Program-made: the position numbers and the translations under genes
Shown here: positions 53,397 to 62,400 of the stretch, piece by piece
How positions within the stretch are numbered: position 1 is the first letter of the stretch
Layout of the letters: the number at the start of each line of letters is the position of its first letter
The notes under the pieces: generated by a model
Databases searched by the model: none
The model's input: only the letters and a program-made list of their open reading frames with translations
Told to the model about the DNA's origin: nothing
Assembly (NCBI GenBank): GCA_950097015.1
Contig: CATNEN010000005.1
Span: 248,001 to 312,000 of the forward strand
Source of the DNA: Macrostomum hystrix
Taxonomy: Eukaryota > Animalia > Platyhelminthes
Length of the DNA: 64,000 bases
Direction of reading: 5' to 3'

Positions 53397-53789
53397 TTGT
53401 TGGTCAGTTGACTAGTTATAACTTAAAAAACTTTTTATACCTTTTTACAAGCTTTTTGCCACTTATTTTGTTATTTTCTTTAGTTTTGCAATAAATTATT
53501 TTATTAGTGACAAAAATCTCTAATTTTGACCCTTATAATTAGAATTATAATTTTTTAATTAGATACTACTCTACCTTTGTGCGTTCTGTAAGTAGTATAT
53601 TCAGAGTTCTTTTATATGAACAGTTTTTTGTTTTAGCGAATTCTTACAAGAACTCTAAATGTTCTTTAGCATTTGTTTTTTTTCAAGTTACATTGTCATT
53701 GTTCCTTTTGCCGCATGTATGGAATCTCATTGTCCGATTATTTTAATTAATTTATTTTATTTTATAAACTTTGTCACATTGACCCACGC

Positions 53790-54640
53790 TGAATATTTAT
53801 GGATTGCTAATCTATGCCACACTGAATAGTTATGGATTGCTAATCTATGCCACACTGAATAGTTATGGATTGCTAATCTATACCACACTGAATAGTTATG
53901 GATTGCTAATCTATACCACACTGAATAGTTATGGATTGCTAATCTATACCACACTGAATAGTTATGGATTGCTAATCTATACCACACTGAATAGTTATGG
54001 ATTGCTAATCTATACCACACTGAATAGTTATGGATTGCTAATCTATACCACACTGAATAGTTATGGATTGCTAATCTATACCACACTGAATAGTTATGGA
54101 TTGCTAATCTATACCACACTGAATAGTTATGGATTGCTAATCTATACCACACTGAATAGTTATGGATTGCTAATCTATACCACACTGAATAGTTATGGAT
54201 TGCTAATCTATACCACACTGAATAGTTATGGATTGCTAATCTATACCACACTGAATAGTTATGGATTGCTAATCTATACCACACTGAATAGTTATGGATT
54301 GCTAATCTATACCACACTGAATAGTTATGGATTGCTAATCTATACCACACTGAATAGTTATGGATTGCTAATCTATACCACACTGAATAGTTATGGATTG
54401 CTAATCTATACCACACTGAATAGTTATGGATTGCTAATCTATACCACACTGAATAGTTATGGATTGCTAATCTATACCACACTGAATAGTTATGGATTGC
54501 TAATCTATACCACACTGAATAGTTATGGATTGCTAATCTATACCACACTGAATAGTTATGGATTGCTAATCTATACCACACTGAATAGTTATGGATTGCT
54601 AATCTATACCACACTGAATAGTTATGGATTGCTAATCTAT
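53790..54640. repeat. 33-bp highly homogeneous minisatellite (tatggattgctaatctataccacactgaatagt)n
   Basis: Direct tandem units, with a partial copy at 53205-53247. Confidence 0.95.
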
Positions 54641-55149
54641 ACCTCTCAATTTAATGTGAATTTGTTCTAAAAAAATTTTTGTTTGATTGTCAAATATTAA
54701 CCATTTTGTCATTTTTTCATTTGATTGCTTGTTTCGATGGCTAATAGATGCTATTCGTTAGCTTGACTTTGTGTTTCATTAAAAATGTTTTGTAAATGAG
54801 TCTGTATTAAAAAGTTTGCAATAAAAAATTCTTTTTGTTGCCATTTTTTAAAGTACACATGTTGGCTGCAACGCATTCAACACCTTGTTGATTTTTTATG
54901 CCTCAGTTCTTGTCAAAGTATATTAATTTAAACAGACATGGCTTAAATGCTGTCAATATTAAAATTTAAATTATATTAGCTAACACAGTTATTATACCCT
55001 TCGCGTGAGTTTATGAGCATTAATTTGCAATCATTGCACTTTGAGCTGTACTTCTATTTCAGAAATTTTTTGTCTTTGAACAAGTTTTCCTGGGAAAAAA
55101 AATTGTTCTATTTTCTCGAGGAATCTAAATGTAAATTAAGATATTGATG

Positions 55150-56395
55150 GTGGGAGATGGGTAGGTGTAGGGTGAGAGATGGGGTAGATGTAGGGTGAGA
55201 GATGGGGTAGATGTAGGGTGAGAGATGGGGTAGATGTAGGGTGAGAGATGGGGTAGGTGTAGGGTGAGAGATGGGGTAGGTGTAGGGTGAGATATGGGGT
55301 AGGTGTAGGGTGAGAGATGGGGTAGATGTAGGGTGAGAGATGGGGTAGGTGTAGGGTGAGAGATGGGTTAGGTGTAGGGTGAGAGATGGGGTAGGTGTAG
55401 GGTGAGATATGGGGTAGGTGTAGGGTGAGAGATGGGGTAGATGTAGGGTGAGAGATGGGGTAGGTGTAGGGTGAGAGATGGGGTAGGTGTAGGGTGAGAG
55501 ATGGGGTAGGTGTAGGGTGAGATATGGGGTAGGTGTAGGGTGAGAGATGGGGTAGGTGTAGGGTGAGAGATGGGGTAGATGTAGGGTGAGAGATGGGGTA
55601 GGTGTAGGGTGAGAGATGGGGTAGATGTAGGGTGAGAGATGGGGTAGATGTAGGGTGAGAGATGGGGTAGGTGTAGGGTGAGAGATGGGGTAGATGTCGG
55701 GTAAGAGATGGGGTAGATGTCGGGTAAGAGATGGGGTAGATGTAGGGAGAGAGATGGGGTAGATGTCGGGTGAGAGATGTGGTAGATGTAGGGAGAGATA
55801 TGGGGTAGATGTAGGGTGAGAGATGTGGTAGATGTAGGGAGAGATATGGGGTAGATGTAGGGTAAGAGATGGGGTAGATGTAGGGTGAGAGATGTGGTAG
55901 ATGTAGGGAGAGATATGGGGTAGATGTAGGGTAAGAGATGGGGTAGATGTCGGTTGAGAGATGGGGTAGATGTCGGTTGAGAGATGGGGTAGATGTAGGG
56001 TGAAAGATGGGGTAGATGTAGGGTGAGAGATGGGGTAGATGTAGGGTAAGAGATGGGGTAGATGTAGGGTGAAAGATGGGGTAGATGTAGGGTGAAAGAT
56101 GGGGTAGATGTAGGGTGAGAGATGGGGTAGATGTCGGGTGAGAGATGGGGTAGATGTCGGGTGAGAGATGGGGTAGATGTCGGTTGAGAGATGGGGTAGA
56201 TGTCGGTTGAGAGATGGGGTAGATGTAGGGTGAAAGATGGGGTAGATGTAGGGTGAGAGATGGGGTAGATGTCGGTTGAGAGATGGGGTAGATGTCGGTT
56301 GAGAGATGGGGTAGATGTAGGGTGAAAGATGGGGTAGATGTAGGGTGAGAGATGGGGTAGATGTAGGGTGAAAGATGGGGTAGATGTAGGGTGAG
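55150..56395. repeat. 23-bp G-rich minisatellite (gagatggggtagatgtagggtga)n
   Basis: Direct tandem units. Confidence 0.95.
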
Positions 56396-57310
56396 TGTTA
56401 TCTCTAGACCATGGCTATAATGGATAAACAGCATTTTAAGTCAAACAAATTGTAATTAATCGAGTCTGACTTTTTGTCTCGCTGTGAAAGTGTGATTTCC
56501 CAATAGAATAGGCACGCAATTAGTTATTCTAAATTAGTTATTCTTACGATTGATAACAAAAGCACACTGTTGTAATGTGCAGTGCTGAATATCAGAGCAT
56601 ATTATGAATTGGATTAGGTAAGTTATGAGGAGTTAGTATACGTACGTATTAACATGTAAATTGAAGTGGTTTTACTGAATTCGTTAATTGAGTAATTAGT
56701 TACTTATTCCAGGAATGGGGAGAAGTGATAAAGTAATGAGGGATTTTGATTAAAGTACGAGCGTAGATCTGCCACGAGAAGTTGATCTGTATATTTAATA
56801 GCCATGGATTATAAAGATACTAAATTTTTTTACGAAAAGATAAATAAGAAATCGCATCGAGTCAGTATAATATAAATGAAAATGGTGATTGCGAGATGCT
56901 ATAAATCCATCTTGACCTCATGCTGAACGCCAAGCTACAAAACGGAGGAGGGAAACGTACAGTTTTCGAGTCGTGCTCAAAACAAAATATGCTGCCATAG
57001 CTATAATGTGCAGCAATTATCTACAGCACAGTGAAGGCTCTGTGGACATCAACAGTGGATTCCCAAAACTGGGATCAGACCTGACTGCGAATGCGACAGT
57101 ATTTTTCCCCAATGCAGTCGTTATCCCATAAAAATTGCTGCTTTTGCGTTTTCGCCATTTCACAGTGGGAAAAACAAGTGGCTATGAGAAGCGGGTCCGA
57201 TAAGTGCTGCTTGTTTGATTTTTTCATGGCACGCATGAAATGGGAGTTTATCCCCATTCCCTCAACCAATCCAAATGGGAATGAGAGATTCCCCTAAAAA
57301 CTCGGACGCA

Positions 57311-57317
57311 TATAAAA
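57311..57317 (+). promoter_or_regulatory. TATA box of the metallothionein-like gene
   Basis: TATAAAA about 107 bp upstream of ATG 57418. A candidate poly(A) signal ATTAAA lies at 58125-58130. Confidence 0.6.
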
Positions 57318-57417
57318 AGGCTGATGCAGAGCGGAGTTGAAATGTAAATATCACTATAATTCCAGTGAACCAGTTTCAGATTCAACTTCTCCACGCTTCT
57401 TCTAAAAGCATCTGAAC

Positions 57418-58071
57418 ATGTGTAAGTAAACTTTTATTTCTTTATTTTCTTTTTTACACTCGCATATTTCAAAATGTTAAAGAGAAATGTACGATGAAAC
57501 TCAAAGAAAAAATGAGAGAAATCCTTCGTCTTATAAGACTCGACTTTGCGAAGATATCTTAGTCAGGTTAGCCAAAACACATCGAATGTACGCAGTCTAG
57601 CCGAGTGGAGAGAAATGAATGTACGCAGGCTAGCCGAGTGGAGAGAAATGAATGTACGCAGGCTAGCCGAGTGGAGAGAAATGAATGTACGCAGGCTAGC
57701 CGAGTGGATAGAAATGAATGTACGCAGGCTAGCCGCTCCCCGAGGAACAAGTAAACATTCCCTCCGCCTTATCTCACCCAACCACCCCATTTTAAGCCGG
57801 CCAAAAGTCATGCCAGCCGTGCGCCGACGATAAGCAGAAGCACTCCGAGGATCTGTGCGGCGAAAAGTGCGAATGTCCACCAGCTGACTGCAACGCTGGC
57901 GAATGCTGCGAGAAGAACGCCTGCTGCCAGTCAGACGCGGGCAAGCAGCATCATCATCATGAGCACGGAGATGCTGGACATCATCACAAGCATGAGGCCG
58001 GTCACGAAGGGCATCATCATCAGCACGATGCTGGGCATCAGGGACATCACCATCAGGATCACAAGCATTGA
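57418..58071 (+). CDS. 92-aa metallothionein-like protein with Cys-rich domain and His-rich tail (two exons)
   Basis: Exon 1 is ATG T (57418-57421) followed by gtaagt. Exon 2 follows the ttttaag acceptor, 57797-58071 (TGA). Protein: MSGQKSCQPCADDKQKHSEDLCGEKCECPPADCNAGECCEKNACCQSDAGKQHHHHEHGDAGHHHKHEAGHEGHHHQHDAGHQGHHHQDHKH. 10 Cys, 21 His, no aromatic F/W/Y. Confidence 0.8.
57585..57735. repeat. 33-bp repeat, about 4 units, in the metallothionein-like gene intron
   Basis: Unit aatgtacgcaggctagccgagtggagagaaatg. Confidence 0.85.
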
Positions 58072-58444
58072 AGTTCCGGAATAAGAGATGTGTAGAGCGT
58101 TGTAATCTTTTCGGCTCTGAATGAATTAAAAAATACTTTAACCTCAACAAAGTCGATATTCTGTACCGAAATTTTATGAAAAAAACTTTTTGACCAATCA
58201 TCTGCATGACCATCAAGATAATATATGTTGTAAAGTTATCTAACACGCATACTTCTAAAAGCAAAAGTACAGAAAACAAAAAATATGTGACACTCGATAT
58301 TCAGACAAAGTCGGCAATCATCTTATCTTAAAGTAAATGTTCTCAATTTATTGTAACTTTCGGCTGTTATTTTGAATAAATAAGGGATGGAAAAAACCGT
58401 AGAGTATGAGATATGGGGAGAAAGGGACCATGGGAGATTGTGGA

Positions 58445-58705
58445 GAGAATGGGAGATTGGGTAGAATGGGAGAATGGGAGAGTGGGATATTTGGTAGAGA
58501 ATGGGAGAGTGGGATATTTGGTAGAGAATGGCAGAGTGGGATATTTGGGAGAGAATGGGAGAGTGGGATATTTGGTAGAGAATGGGAGAGTGGGATATTT
58601 GGTAGAGAATGGGAGAGTGGGATATTTGGGAGAGAACGGGAGAGTGGGATATTTGGGAGAGAATGGGAGAGTGGGATATTTGGGAGAGAATGGGAGAGTG
58701 GGATA
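58445..58705. repeat. 27-bp minisatellite (gagaatgggagagtgggatatttggta)n
   Basis: Direct tandem units. Confidence 0.9.
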
Positions 58706-59032
58706 TTTAAGGGAGTAGGAGATTAGGGAGAAGATGAGGGATGATGAGATTTCCCTCAGGGATAATGATAAGGGAAATGTTAAAAACATTTGACAGACAA
58801 CTAAGATAGTAATTGAATATATGTGACTTAAAAAATTGTTACATTTCAGATAAAACTGCTGTTTTCGATCACTTATAGATAAAACGATTGAAATATAGAA
58901 TATATTTATCTAATATTCAAATCTTCATTCTGTACATATATTCAACTTCAGCCTAATTATATTACCCCACCTCTAATAATCTACCTACTTCTCATAACCT
59001 AGACTCTACTTTCCACAACCAATTTCTCGTAA

Positions 59033-59315
59033 CGCGGCAGTTAACGCGTTTGCCTCTGGCGCCAAGGTCCCTAAGCTCGATTCCGTGGCGAGGCCACATT
59101 TATTTGAGGCGCAGCCGCGGAGAAGGCTTTGGGGGCTTGTCGTGCAATTCACGCCCTTGAGGGCCAACCTCCAAGGCGCAGTGCAGTGAGAGTGTACACT
59201 GCCTGACGATGACAAAGTCAGGGCAGTTGTACACACCTGTGTTAGTGTGTGCTCAGTAGTCAGCGAAATGGGCAGAATTGCCTCCTCGCTGGCTGCAGGT
59301 CGAGTGTCACTAAAT
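59033..59315 (+). mobile_element. tRNA-derived SINE family B, full copy
   Basis: Homologous to 46255-46500. A head-only copy lies at 13915-13982 and a body-only copy at 16035-16237. Confidence 0.7.
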
Positions 59316-59449
59316 ACCGCGCCATTGCCCGCCGCAGCCCTCCTGCAACTTTTATTCTACTAACCATTTCTCGAAACCTAGTTCTCATTTATGTTATTTT
59401 TCCGGTACAATAAAAGGGTTTATCAATCTTATCAAACAGAAGAAATTCG

Positions 59450-62400
59450 TCATTTCGGTTTCTGTTGCTGCTGTTGCTGCTTCACAGCAGCAGACTTCTG
59501 CCTACCAGCTGAAGGAGCCCCGCTTTTTCGTCGAGCGCTTGCCATCAGGGCTGTCTTCGGCCGGTCGCCGGCGGCCCCAGCGCCGACGCCGTCTTCCCAG
59601 TCCAGCTCTTCGTCTTCGGCCAGAGAGACGCGGAGCAATTTTCTCTGACGCTTTAGAGAGGCCGGCTTCACTGACCAGGCCGCAGCTGCTGCCGCTGCTG
59701 CTGCTGTTTCCTCTTCATCCTTTTCACCATTCGAAGCCGGATCAGAAGCTGGCTTGTCAGCTTCTGTGGCTGTCAGCCGTTTTACTGATGCGATGCACTT
59801 TGTTGACTGTTAATTGGACATTGTGGGCGAGAGGTTCACTGAAGGATGAGTGGTAGATAAGGGTGAGAAGTGCTCGCATCGGCGAGACGCAATGCCTGTG
59901 AGGTATGAGTCAGTCCAGGCCCACGGGCTAAGGTCTGCGATGCCTCACACTTGCAGACGCTTTTTGAGCAGGCTTGGCAGGAAGGAGCCCTGTGCCTTCG
60001 GGTGCAGGAATCCCTCCACGCTGTCCCGTCAGCTGACCCATGGGTACACGTCCAGCGAGTGTTCAAGGCTGACCCTAGGGCAGCCGGACAGAATGGGCAA
60101 CAGTGCTGGATGACCCATCCATGGCCTCTGGCCAAACTGGGTACCTCTAGCCCTGGCTGGAGGGAAAGGTGTCACCCTATGACCTTAACAGGGTATGCGG
60201 CCAGTCCGCAGCGTTTGTGCACCTGTGCGTGATCAGGTACCTCTGATCACAGGATGATGCCAGGAGAGAATGTATACATATGCTAGCCAGGAGAGAATGT
60301 ACATATGCTAGCCAGGAGAGAATGTACATATGCTAGCCAGGAGAGAATGTACATATGCTAGCCAGGAGAGAATGTACATATGCTAGCCAGGAGAGAATGT
60401 ACATATGCTAGCCAGGAGAGAATGTACATATGCTAGCCAGGAGAGAATGTACATATACCAGCCGGGAGAGAGAATCGCGGCCGTAAAGATAGCTGTACGA
60501 GGCTCACCCAGTCATAGAAGGCCCAAGCGGCGGCGCTCCGAAGCCGAAGCTCTCTTGGATCGATGCCAGCTAGCAGCAGCTCCGCCCGTGCCGCAATCTC
60601 CGGATGAATATCGTTAACATCCATCTGGCTCAGAGTTTTGATGTCTTTTAGTAGGGGCTGACAACGCTTCCACTTCTGTAAAATGATGTAACTTTTAATT
60701 ATAAAAAACACACTACTGCTAACCAAATAAAAAGCGTAGTTTCTTAAAAAAATTAACAAAACAAAAAAAATCCTACCCGGACTCGCTTCTCATAGTTGCC
60801 TAGCAGCAGGAGCATAGCCATAACTGACTGATGAACTAGCTGGTCGGGGTCAGCGTAGCCTCTTAATTCCAGCAGGCTTTTGCTGTCCACATCCAATTGA
60901 TGAATTAGGCGCTTTTTGAGACGCCTTTCTCGTTTGACCAGCTCCCGACAGCGTTCAATCTCTTTTAGTAGTTCAGGAGGGAGAAGACGACCGCCGCTGT
61001 TAGCCAGATAAGAATCTGCTTCGACTAGCAGGGACTCCAGCCGGGTGACGTCTCGACTGCCTTCAGCCAGTTTGCGCTCGGCAGACAGTGCTGAATGTGG
61101 GGAATTATTTTAACAGGTGATTATCTGTGTTTTAACACGTGATTGTCAGTGTTTTAACAGGTGATTGTCTGTGTTTTAACAGGTGATTGTCAGTGTTTTA
61201 ACAGGTGATTGTCTGTGTTTTAACAGGTGATTTTTAGTGTTTTAACAGGTGATTTTCAGTGTTTTAACACGTGATTGTCTGTGTTTTAACAGGTGATTGT
61301 CTGTGTTTTAACAGGTGATTGTCTGTGTTTTAACAGGTGATTTTTAGTGTTTTAACAGGTGATTGTCAGTGTTTTAACAGGTGATTGTCAGTGCTTTAAC
61401 AGGTGATTGTCTGTGTTTTAACAGGTGATTTTTAGTGTTTTAACAGGTGATTGTCAGTGTTTTAACAGGTGATTGTCAGTGTTTTAACAGGTGATTGTCA
61501 GTGTTTTAACAGGTGATTGTCAGTGTTTTAACAGGTGATTGTCAGTGTTTTAACAGGTGATTGTCAGTGTTTTAACAGGTGATTGTCAGTGTTTTAACAG
61601 GTGATTGTCAGTGTTTTAACAGGTGATTGTCAGTGTTTTAACAGGTGATTGTCTGTGTTTTAACAGGTGATTTTTAGTGTTTTAACAGGTGATTGTCAAT
61701 GTTTTAACAGGTGATTGTCAGTGTTTTAACAGGTGATTGTCTGTGTTTTAACAGGTGATTTTTAGTGTTTTAACAGGTGATTGTCAGTGTTTTAACAGGT
61801 GATTGTCAGTGTTTTAACAGGTGATTGTCGGTGTTTTAACAGGTGATTGTCAGTGTTTTAACAGGTGATTGTCAGTGTTTTAACAAGTGATTTTTAGTGT
61901 TTTAACAGGTGATTGTCAGTGTTTTAACAGGTGATTGTCAGTGTTTTAACAGGTGATTGTCTGTGCTTTAACAGATGATTTTCGTTGTTTCGACACTTTG
62001 ATGTCAGGTTGAAAGTATGAGTAAAGAATCAAAAGTGATTAAACTGTTCTCACAATCTTTAAGCCGCAGACCAATGATGAGTTCGTCCGCTTGTCGCAGC
62101 AGGCCGGCTGCTGAATTGGCTCCTCCGTCCTCGGCTGCGTCTCCTTTGCTTCTAACAGCCTCAGCCGCTGCCTCCAATGCGTCTAGTCGACCCCTCTGCA
62201 GGCACTCCTTCAGCGTGGCCAGCCTCGTCTTGCGCTCTTTGCTAGCTGCCTCCGCTTCTTCGCGCAATTGCCTGCGCTTCTCCTCCGCCTCCGCTTCCGC
62301 TTGCTTCCGTTTCTCTTCTTCGTGCTTCCGATTCTCTTCTTCTTGCTTCCGATTCTCTTCTTCTTGCTTCCGATTCTCTTCTTCTTGCTTCCGATTCTCT

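Noticed and set aside
1007-56434. Long periodic ORFs (e.g. 1007-1927, 8434-9004, 22762-23247, 23983-25162, 36742-37315, 39080-40021, 47662-48582, 53757-54670, 55136-56434, 58367-58789)
   Set aside because: They are translations of stop-free tandem repeats, open in several frames, and mostly lie inside introns of real genes.
57563-58279. 238-aa minus-strand ORF
   Set aside because: It is the antisense shadow of the Cys/His gene and its intronic repeat, with no supporting splice or promoter signals.
60479-60495. ccgtaaaga resembling the start of a flatworm spliced leader as I recall it
   Set aside because: Only about 9 nt match, with no following leader, AUG/GT donor or Sm site.
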